A stretch of 64,000 nucleotides of DNA from Pavona decussata (lineage: Eukaryota): positions 5,456,001 through 5,520,000 of the forward strand of contig CDRNST010000123.1 in assembly GCA_977016875.1 (NCBI GenBank), read 5' to 3'. Under the pieces are notes generated by a model that saw only the letters and a list, made by a program, of their open reading frames with translations, did no database searches and was not told the origin of the DNA. The translations under genes and the position numbers were made by a program. This document shows, one piece after another, positions 36,025-46,255 of this stretch (its first letter is position 1; the number at the start of each line of letters is the position of its first letter).

Positions 36025-37894
36025 TAATAGACTAGCGCAGATCCCACGTAACAGCGCCTCCATCGATCTTTTCTTTTTCCCTAAACTTATAGCCGGATAC
36101 TCATGATTGTTTCCATAATAGGCAAGGCACTTAATTTCTATGACTTAACAGTCTATAAAACTGATAACAAAAAAAGGTGTCAGTTCTTGCACAGGGAGCA
36201 TTACCTTCCTTCTTCGTGGCCGCTATAACCATAATTAACTGCTGCCACAAAATTCTTAAAGAAAAGGGTGTGAAGGATACTTTTCATCCCAGTTCGTGGC
36301 AAGGACGCGCTTAGCCTGTGGACAGACTCGACCCAAGTAGGCTATAGGGCCGGCGAAGAGTTAAACAAGCAAGCCGTTGTTCTTCGCCCTATACTCGACT
36401 TGAGAGCCTGTTCACAAGGCTAGGCCACACGACAACAAGCTACTTTTAAAAAAAAGTCATTACCCTGCGTAGCGGATGAAATCAGGTAGGGGAGAAGCGA
36501 GAAAAAGTGAGAAAAGGAGGCACTGGGGAGAGACGAAAGAAAAGAGGGTGCGCAGGTAGGTAAGTGGGTCTTGCAATTTTGCTAGTTTGCTTTTTCGCGA
36601 TAAATTTTTTGCAGTGAAAGTCAGAGGTTAATCTAAATCTTTCAATTCCCTAACCTACGAACAAGTTCTTCCTTTCAGTAGAAATGCTATTTCAAATACA
36701 AAAATGGGATTGAACAGCAAAGGTTAATCTTCCTCTGCTAAATAGAGGGTAGTATTCATCCTCGGAAACAAACTGAGGGTACATCATCGAGACAAAGTAA
36801 CGGTGAAACCAAAAATCATCCTTCCTTACCTATGGTTTGCGACAATGAGTATGTGCAGCTCAAACACATAATTAACGGCAAACTCTGAACTAGAGTGGTA
36901 TGGGCGCTATAAGAAAAGGCCGGGGAAAGGGACGAATCGAACAAATCAGAAGCTTTTAGACACGAACAGTACGTATTGACATTTTTCCGGCTATTTTTTC
37001 CTGTTACTTTTGGGCCGTTTGTCAGCTTTGTCTCGATTTCAAATCATTGTAGTCAACCTGTATCGCTCACGTTCCGCCTTAAGCTGAAGATTTACTCTTG
37101 TTAAATTTTGGCCGCGGCTTTATATCACGACAAAAAACACCAAAATTAGCACCACGCATTGATGCTGATGCATTGCAGAGCCATTGCGCTTAAGAAAACC
37201 AATAAAAGAGCTACTTGCTTTATAAAAATACGCACCCCGGTATATTTTGTCAAGAAGTCGATTCTCCTGTTGAAAAGTAGCAACTTTATTTGTACTGAAC
37301 ACGAAAACAGTCAGTACAACATAAAAAAAACAAAACAGTTTCCAGTTTACAAGAAGGTCGTGCATACACAATCCTTGAAATACTCTAAACACGAATGTAG
37401 AGTGTCTCGATAATTATAAATGGTCTGAAAGACAAACAGCCTTAACATGACAACATTTAGGTAAATAGTTCAGTGATAAATCTCCAATGGCAGAACTGAA
37501 CCACTATTAAGCTAAGTAAAATCGTTTGTTTACAGCTGAATCGCGTAGTTGGGATACAATTTAACTTATAATTAGGGTTAGATTTAAACAAGGATCTCGG
37601 ACGTTATATACAAACATTTTAATGTTATTGATGGATACATACACTATTCTATGACTTAATTTATTTCTGCATTTTATTGCACAAACGTACCGGTACTTTT
37701 TTTATAATTACTTCTTAAGCACTTTTTGTAACTTACGTATACTTTATTGACACTATTCTATAAGTAATTTATTTATTTTATCGCGCATTAGTTTATATCT
37801 ATATAGATGCTTGCGCGTTACAAATTTTTACATTATTTTGTATTATCTTTACTATCGTTACAAATACTAACATGGTGCCTTTTGCAAAAGCACT

Positions 37895-38140
37895 TTGGTG
37901 CAGTTGTTAGCGCGAATCCCTCGAAGGCTGGTCTCTGTTTGCTGTCGTGTTCTTTTCCTAGACAAGAAATTTTTACTCACACTGCCTCAACAGCCTTTCT
38001 ATCCACCAAGGTAACTGGGTACCGGGTAACCGCTAGAGAAAGCTGCCAAAATGCTGGGGTAAATCTGCGATGGACTAGCACCCCATCAAGGGAGAGTACA
38101 GTAGTAACGCTCTTAGTCGCTTCATGCAACAGAAAGCGAA
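37895..38140 (+). mobile_element. SINE relic (Deu/Nin-domain type) downstream of the CNP stop
   Basis: ctgcgatggactagcaccccatcaaggg...tcgcttcatgc core. Confidence 0.55.
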
Positions 38141-38251
38141 CCACGACGCTGGTCGTGAACAGCAATCAGCCTTGTTCACTCCCTTACTTAAACACCTAAC
38201 ATTACAATAACAGTAACTCAGATTAGCCTTGTGAGGCGAGAAACTTAAAGA

Positions 38252-38560
38252 TTAGTAAAACCCTGTAAAGAGCGCATTGACACGGATGGGTTCATTAAGG
38301 TAAACAGCCCATTGACCATCACCATAGTTACGGGCCACGCCCTGTGTTACTTTGTATTCCTCGTAACTGTGATTGGTTAATTCTAGTCTAATGAGGTCAC
38401 GCAAGTCATAACGTCCTTGGACCGGTGTTACGTCACTTCTCCGGGACAGCGTGATGTGCGCAGTGTCTCCCTTGCCAATGGTTGGCATGATTGCCAAATC
38501 GTTGTATGACACAGGAATGAAGCTAGTTTCTGACCCCTGAGACAGACATCTCAAGGCTTC
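38252..38560 (-). CDS. CNP: CNP-like exon 5 (second HxT motif, stop)
   Basis: GKGDTAHITL, PVQGRYDL, ALFTGFY*. Confidence 0.9.
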   Translation of the reverse strand, partial: EALRCLSQGSETSFIPVSYNDLAIMPTIGKGDTAHITLSRRSDVTPVQGRYDLRDLIRLELTNHSYEEYKVTQGVARNYGDGQWAVYLNEPIRVNALFTGFY

Positions 38561-41500
38561 CTGGAAAATAAGATACATGAATATACCTTTTAAATAATGG
38601 GAAAATCAAAAATCAGGTTAGAGCACTTTGATTTGACCCTCAATACTAATGCTTTTCAGGGAAAATGAAACTATCAGGAGAGAAACAACTCCAGCTGCAA
38701 TCAGGCAGATTGGGACTTGAACACAGGACCTTCTTCTGTTTGTATAGAAAAACCGGTGACAATTTTCCGCCAATAGAACGGTTTAATTCTCGAACCTTTC
38801 CATTTGTATGGAAAAAAACAGTTGTTCCGTTTGGGAAATCAAATGGAACAGTTCTTTCCAAGGGTAATTTTGGGAACTAAACCGCGTATTTCTCATCAAG
38901 GGGCATGGTACGTGAGTGTGATGAAACAAATGGTTCAGTGATATTCTGGTCATTTCGCCGATAAAAACCAGAAAAGAGGAAAACGTCTGAAGTTATTCCT
39001 TTTTTTTCCGAAAATTTCCAGTGGGAAGGACTGTTCCATTTACTGTCCCACCGGAACGGCCGTTTTTTCCATTCAAATGAAAGTGCTCCAGAATTCAAAC
39101 TTGTCCGATGCCATGACTACACGTTCACACTGCCTGCTATGCTCCAAATTTATGTATAAGTTCTATCACGTGAAAACTCTTGTGTTCAGGAGTGACTAGT
39201 GGTTGGACATGATCAGTGTTCCGTTAGTCTCTATATTAAGTTGGAGGGTACATTTACAGGTCCTTGTATACAGCTGTTTCGACAAAGGTTGCCCAAAAAG
39301 AGCTTGAAAGCGTACGCGACAATGCCGAAAGGTAGTCTGGGAAATACCCAATAAATTTCAATAAAAGCTCAGAATCCATATTTCCCGCCATATCAAGTGT
39401 TCACTGTACGGTCGAGGCATTTTAGATTCTGAGCTTTATTGAAATTTATTGGGTATTTCCCAGACTACCTTTCGGCATTGTTGCGTACGCTTTTGCGCTT
39501 TTTTTGGACAACCTTTGTCAAAACAGCTGTATATCAGAGATATTCACTTACAAGGTGAAGTATTGTATTGACATCGCAACTCCCTTCTTCTAAATCCAAC
39601 GAATCAAGATTATTCCAAAGTGTAATCTGTTGTGAATTAAGTTTGACTCTGGCTGTGACAGTTCTAGGTGTGATTGTCCAGGCAATTATCACCAGGGTGG
39701 TCACTGACCCTAGGGCATCTTGAACAGCAGGTGATGCGACATAGTTATTCGCTCTGCTTTGCTGGGCTTTCCCTCTTTTGTTGAAGAATGCAGTCATGTG
39801 GAGATGGTCGTGTGGACGTTCCAGGCAAGACAGTGATGACAACATTGTTTCACTGGAAGTTTGCAAGGAGACTGAGCATCCTAAAAAAGACAACAACATT
39901 GTGTTTGTAAGGTTTGATCCTCTATTGAACAATTAAGCAACACCAACACTTAATTCAGACACGTGAATTTATGCATCAAAACTGACAGTGTAATAATTCT
40001 AGGGACCGTTCATTTTTATGAGATGGTGGGAGGGGGGGTGGGATTTGGGGAAGCGTCATTTGGAAATTGTATGACCGGTCCCTTACAGTTTTCTCTGCCA
40101 GGTGCTACAGACACTGAGTTTTCAACATGATTTGCCAGTCACTGTGTGCTAGATTTACTCATCGTGGTTCCTGTCAAAGCAACTAAAAAAGCATTGCAAC
40201 AAGCCCAGCCTGCCATCATTGGGAGCTGCCATGACCTCATGCAACTTACAGAAGTGTAGTTATAAATTTGCAGGGTTCTGACCTTGAAGCTGTGGCCTGG
40301 AAGGGTATTGTTTTCAGAGTTTTTGTCTTGATCATGTTATCAATTTCACCACTTTTTGTGTCAAACACCCAATCTTTTTGGAATTGGTTTGAGTTTATCA
40401 CAAGACCACGAATGTCTTAAATTGACAAAACTTTAGGACACTTTCCAAACCAATCTGCCAACATCTATCCTGGCAGATGAAACACTCAAACACCATGCAC
40501 TTCTGACTAGTCTAAAAAATAAATCATTAAAAGTAAACTTGCCATGCTCATCTTGCACACTGTTGTTACCATGAACATCTTTGAATGAAGGGATTTTTGT
40601 ACAGCACTCATTCAAAACTCCAAACAATCCGTCTTTCAAAGCCTTAGAACTGTTTTCTGAGAGAAACCATCCATAATAAACAGCAATTATTTGTTCAAAC
40701 TCGGCCAACAGCTCCCCCAGAACTTCCTCTGAGACTTTATGATGGTTCCTCAAGGCCAAATCAGAAATATTATATTTCCAGCTGGTCTTTGGTTCCACTA
40801 ATACCACATAGTAGCCAGCACTGCGAGCTATATCAACATAATCATACAGCAACGTCTTCTTGATATTCATGTTATCTGTGAAAAAAAAAACACCAACTTT
40901 TTAATCATATAATGATAGTCTTTCTTTCCAAACTTGGATTCTGGATGTGCTAAAGGGTGTATAATCAGTCTCTCATTTACAAGAAAACTATGTGTTAATT
41001 AATGACACAAAAAGTTTCTCCACAAATATGCCCCATCCTTCCTTAGGATACGGTCAAATGTTTTTGTTGTTGTTTTGTTTTTTTGTTTTCATCTACACTG
41101 TATTTATTGCAGTATTTTTTATTTTCCCAATTCAGAGCTCTCTATCTACCTGTACTTATCCAATTACCTATCTACAGGTCTACTTAGGGCGCTTTCCATT
41201 TTTCAGAACTGGCCGGCGAGTGCGATCCCCGGGGTGGGGGGGGGGGGGGGGCTACTCCCATAATTTTTAGCCGGGGGTGTGCCGCTGGAACTCTGAGAAC
41301 CTTAACCTATACTAGACAATGTTAATCTTTATTTTGCAACCCTATTCTAGACTAAACGCCGAAAATCCCTACCCAGCTATCCCAGACCTATTTCCGATTT
41401 TTAAATGTCATTTTAATATCGGGAAACTCTCTGACTAAATTCTTCAAGCAACTGATTAGTTTCACAGAAAATGATACCCTATTCTAGACCACAACTCTCT

Positions 41501-44500
41501 GATTTCTATACCCTATTCGAGAGTAAACTCGCTGAAAACCATACCCTTCACAGCGGCACATACCTATATAGCTCATATATGGGAGTACCCCCCCCGCCCC
41601 CGTTCGATCATTTTGCAAACGGAATACACCAATTTAAAAAGGCAGTTATGTTTTATACTGTATGCCCCTCACCTGTTTTGATTGCTTCAAAATGTTGCAC
41701 ACTACTCTCAGAATGTGCCATTTTGAAGAATTTGAAGAATCAGTCCCTCAAATTGGTGCACCCCATTTACGGACTTACCAGTCTGGCCCCAGTTGTTCAA
41801 AGGCCGGATAACTTTATCCGCTGGATAAGGCACTCTTCAGCGTCTAAAATATACTTCACGTTAAATGTTGTCCAAGGTTTTTGTACACCCCCCAACTGAG
41901 CTCTGGTTAGAGTGTGCATATTCGCTTGTGCACGAGGAAATACTGAAATCTTTGCACAGATTGAAACTGTCGGATAGTGACTTATCCACTGGATAAAGTT
42001 ATCCGGCTTTTGAACAACTGGGGCCTGGATGGCCAGTTCTGACAGATGGAAAGCACCTACCTGACTGCCTGTCTGCTTGATAGTTTGTGTGACCCTGCCT
42101 GTCTGTCTGTCTGTCTGCCATTCTAGGTATCAAACTATGGCACAATGGTGGGAATCAAGTGTTCTCACCACTGTGCCATCTCTTTTCCCAACTCAATTTG
42201 ATACAGTACCTATAATAACAACAGGTGTTCCATTTTGGCAGGCCTGCTTTGCTTTTTCTTGGCACATCATGTGCTGTCTTGTTTCACACTCCTCCACATC
42301 TCGGAAATCATCTACTGAACACTTCACAGCCAGGTCACCATAAACTTGTTTTATTTGCTGAGCAACTACTGATTTTCCACTTCCTGGCAATCCTCGCATT
42401 ATAAACACGACTTTAGAGTTCATGATGAACTTGATGCAGTGATCCTCTGTCAAAAATGGGAAGTTCTGAGTTTCTAAATTATCCCCTTCATCCTCATTCT
42501 GAAAGAAATTTTAGAAAATCTATATTAAGTTTGGTGCATCTTAAATTGCTACTGTGTCCAGGAGGCAAAGGGGTGATATATTCATCCTGGTTAAGGGGTG
42601 TAAATTTCCCAGTTAAACACCCCAGGTATTCTATACTGTACTCACTGGTTCCAAATCTGTTTAGTTCTGGACTAGGGTATAGTTTTGGACCATTTTGGTC
42701 TGCAACATTACCTGAAATAGGATACAGATATTTTTCTTAAATTTCTCTGACACAGGTGTGTTAATTTGGTATTACAGTGCTAAGCTCAATTTCTGCCACT
42801 CTGCTGGGTCTGGAACTTCCTCCCCTTTCAGGGCCAAAGTGCGTGTTCGTTTCCCCAAACAGCAGCTGGCTATTATTATGCATTTTTATGTTCTTTTGGC
42901 TGGGAAAATAAGGCCTCAGTGGCTTAATATTTTAACATTCTCATTACATTTTCAGTGTGCCTGTTCATAAATGGTTATGGAAAACTCTTCAGAAAACAAG
43001 CACATTTAATTGGCCAAACGCACCCCTAACACAGTAACACAGTTAACACTAAACTTGCATGAAAATCCCCAAAAATGTGACTCTGAAAAACTACTCACTC
43101 ACATGATAATCTTTCGCATAACTATGCACACAACACTTCAAATTCAAAATGTCTCTGAGCGAGTGCAGGCGCGCTCTATTCATGCATCACACCATGGGTG
43201 GATGCCATTGAAAATAGAGGCCTAAAGTGTGACATCACAAATATTTGAATTTTCAACATTATTGGTCAGGATTTATTAACTAATGATGTTTGAAAAGAGC
43301 ACGCCTCCATACAAATTCGTCTAATTTTGCCTCAGTTCCAAACATTCAAAACTGCACGACTAGGCAAAATTAGAAGGCTTTGTCTGGAAACATCATAGCA
43401 TAAAAGTGCCAATTTTTCACCCACAAATTACAAAAAGATTCTGATTTTTGGCAAGTAGGCATTTTTTCATCACTCTCTTTCAGAATATCTCAGCAAATCT
43501 CATAATTTCATAAATTTAGTTTTAGTGACATCAATCATCACTTTAGGTCTCAATAACATGGAGGGGGTGGGGGTGGGGGGTAAATTATATTAAGCATGGA
43601 GAAGTGGACAAAACCGCAGGGGAAAGCCTTATATTCCCAGATATTACATGTTACTGGGATATTATTAGGTGGGGAATCCAGTGGCCAAGAAACAAACAAC
43701 AAGTTCAAGTTTACTTTTTCCCACTATAAATGAAAATATTAAATGATAAAATAAAGGTGGGAAGGAAGCCCATGAAAAACCATAAGGCTTTTAAACAATG
43801 GGCTCCCTCTATTACGTATTATTCACAGTTTAATGTACAGTAGAATAATGACAAAATCAATGGTAAAGTAAAAATAGAACAGAGCTAAGACGTTACTTAA
43901 AATTACCTATATGTTTAAAGCATGATAAGGCTAAAAAGAAGTGAAAATCGAAAAAGTGAAAAAAAAATTATAGGTTTACATTAAGAGGAACCCTTTCAGT
44001 TTCGAAGTAAAAGAGACAATACTTGTTGCACTTTGAATTTCAGAGCTATAATAAATTTTTTGCCCTAAATTCTTCTAAGAAAATTAAAGAATTTAGCAAA
44101 AGGGCAACAAATTTTAAAATTGTATCTTTTGGGTAGCCAGAACCAGACTCGGGTGACCATGGCGCTGGGTTTTGATTCTTGATTGCTGATGATTTGTTTT
44201 GTGATTTTGACTTCCAACGTCGACAACAATTTTCATTTCTCTGAACCCTGACAACCCACCCTAATTTTGATATAAGCTTCAGCGAATGCCGTACCCGGAA
44301 GAGAAGCGGAAATGAAAGTGAGAACCTTATGAAATGTTTTAGAGTTATCCACCTGATTTAGAAACCACAGATTTAAAACTTTGTTCACTACTGCTCACAT
44401 CGGTGGAAAAATCAAGATTAGCTGGACCATAATTTAAGCCCTGAGCTTAAACTGTCACTGTATATTAGCATCTTTGATATTTCTCTCCCCAATCAAAAAC

Positions 44501-44632
44501 AATGATAAATATAGCTACACAACATACCTTTTTTCGGCGATACTTTCTGGTTGTAAGCACATAGATTGCTACAGATGCAAAAGAAACAGTAAGGCCGATA
44601 CCTAAACCAACTGCAAAACGTCGGGAATTCAT
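38252..44632 (-). CDS. CNP: 2',3'-cyclic-nucleotide 3'-phosphodiesterase (CNPase-like): N-terminal TM segment + P-loop kinase-like domain + 2H phosphodiesterase; 454 aa (463 aa from upstream ATG at 44659)
   Basis: Exons 44632-44528, 42498-42210, 40875-40543, 39880-39552, 38560-38252 are phase-consistent. Walker A FIMRGLPGSGKS; Walker B-like VVIIDNMN; LVEPKTSW; two HxT motifs (LHMTAFF, AHITLS); TPRTVTARVKL; ends ALFTGFY*. Confidence 0.92.
39271..39529. mobile_element. Near-perfect hairpin MITE in CNP intron 4
   Basis: TA|CAGCTGTTT...AAACAGCTG|TA; ~110-bp arms. Confidence 0.8.
39552..39880 (-). CDS. CNP: CNP-like exon 4 (first HxT motif)
   Basis: LHMTAFF, TPRTVTARVKL; gtaagt donor. Confidence 0.9.
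40543..40875 (-). CDS. CNP: CNP-like exon 3
   Basis: ttcacag acceptor; LVEPKTSW, LALRNHH, YYGWFL; G|gcaagt donor. Confidence 0.87.
41186..42058. mobile_element. Harbinger-like MITE with two nested insertions (CCCGG/EnSpm-like 41227-41602; Harbinger-like 41786-42024)
   Basis: AGGGCGCTTTCCATT...ATGGAAAGCACCT outer termini; inner CTACTCCCATA/TATGGGAGTAC; inner GCCCCAGTTGTTCAAA TIR with CTG TSD. Confidence 0.7.
42210..42498 (-). CDS. CNP: CNP-like exon 2 (Walker A)
   Basis: tttctttcag acceptor; FPFLTEDHCIKFIMNSKVVFIMRGLPGSGKS. Confidence 0.9.
43214..43554. mobile_element. Small TIR element
   Basis: GAGGCCTAAAGTGTGACATCAC / GTGACATCA..CACTTTAGGTCTC. Confidence 0.55.
44528..44632 (-). CDS. CNP: CNP-like exon 1 (signal-anchor MNSRRFAVGLGIGLTVSFASVAIYVLTTRKYRRKK)
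   Basis: ATG, hydrophobic stretch, AAG|gtatgt phase-0 donor matching exon 2. Confidence 0.75.
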
Positions 44633-44762
44633 AGTTTTACCGACAATTCTGCAGAACATTCACCCGTCATTGTTTGTTGGTTGGCAGAGCAGGGCCAGCC
44701 TCGTTCCCAGGGTCCCATCTCTTCCGGTTCCTCACCAAGAGCCGAAGGACTATGGGTACGCG

Positions 44763-44783
44763 ATTGGTTCCTGGTCACGTGAC
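44763..44783. promoter_or_regulatory. CCAAT box plus palindromic E-box GTCACGTGAC upstream of CNP
   Basis: ATTGG at 44763-44767 and GTCACGTGAC at 44774-44783, ~105-125 bp 5' of the upstream ATG. Confidence 0.35.
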
Positions 44784-45707
44784 TGCAGACGATAAACTTC
44801 TCCCCAGTGGGATCGGCGTACACTCGCTCTCGTTTTTTTTTTTTATTTATTAATTTGTTCCTAAGATCCGAACAGAGATTTTCAAGCGGGCACGAAAACA
44901 AGAGAAATGCGAGAGATCATTCAGCGGTGTGCAAAAATCATATATATTAAAGTATTAAAGAGTTTCACGACTGTGTAAAACATTTATTAATGCAGTCTAG
45001 CCTTTCGTAAACGTACACCCTTGGGGCCAGAAAAAGGGCCCACTTAAGAGAGGTGTCCGGTTCAATGTAGGAGATTAAAAATGCAGTGTTTGTATGTAGC
45101 TGAGAACATGGCCAAGTGTCCGCTTACGAGAGGTGTCCGCCTACGGGAGGTGTCCGTTAGCAGAGGTTCGACTGTGCCAAACGTTATGAGGAGCCATAAT
45201 CAGGGATGGAGACCGTAACGAAATGCCATTTTGACGTGTGGGCTTGTACCCACGTGTTGTACCAAAAAATCTATTTTTAGAAAAAATTGCGCCATACACG
45301 CGTGCGCGCACGCGTTTTTATGGCCAAGATCCCGCCTGGAGAAATTGAAATTTTTTTCTACCCGTTCAAAATGGTGTACAAATTTTAAAATTCTGCCAGG
45401 GAATTTCTCCTCAGTACCCACATTTAAGGAATTAGACTCTCACAACGAAAAGGTAATAAGAAGCAGTAAGCTTTTCGGCAAAAAGAAGTAATCGAGAAAT
45501 TCACTAATTCTGACCGATGTTGAAAAATTTGGCACTGATCTGTGAACAAAATCTGCTCAATTCGACAGCTTTTAGCTTAAGCTACGTAATTTCTGCCAAT
45601 AAACTGAATTCTTTTTAACCTTTCGCTCGGTAATCCCTAACTTGTTTAACCATTACCTGTTTACCAGGCACTCAGCATTAATGTAGTAAGCCTATGTCAT
45701 GAGTGAT

Positions 45708-46255
45708 TGCCTTTCTCACTGTCTTGTTGCCGAATGCCCAATCACAATTGTATGACAAAAGGCATGAAACAACGAAATCGGATTCGGACAAGTGAACTGT
45801 GCAACGTGCTAATTATTGTTAGTTGGTTGAGCAAAACATGCCAGTTTGTATGGTAGATTGCATTATGAATTTTTATCCTGGGAGTGACGTCTTACGTGAT
45901 GGTACCCCATGCAGGAATAGGAATGTTTGAATAAAGGTTGGATAAGTGTGTGCCTTTCTCACTGTCTTGTTACGGAATGTCCAATCACAAGTACACGACA
46001 AGAGGCATGAAACAACGGAAGCGGATTCGGACAAGTGAACTGTGCAACGTGCTAATTATTGTTCATTGGTTGAGCAAATCGGTTTCTATTGTAGATTGCA
46101 TAATGAATTTTTATCACCGTGAGTGCGTGCCTGCCCAATCACAAGACAAAAGGTATGAAACAACGCAATCGGATTCGGACAAGTGAACTATGTAACGTGC
46201 TAATTACTATTCTTTGGTTGAGCAAAATAGTTGGTATTGTAGATTGCTTTTATCA
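45708..46255. repeat. Three imperfect direct repeats (~120-170 bp)
   Basis: cggattcggacaagtgaact.tg.aacgtgctaatta occurs three times. Confidence 0.85.

Noticed and set aside
41471-41899. 142-aa plus-strand ORF
   Set aside because: Spans three nested MITE fragments within a CNP intron.
42500-42712. 5' extension of CNP exon 2 from the tatttcag site
   Set aside because: Phase 0 hits a stop quickly; the tttctttcag acceptor at 42499 gives the clean in-frame join.
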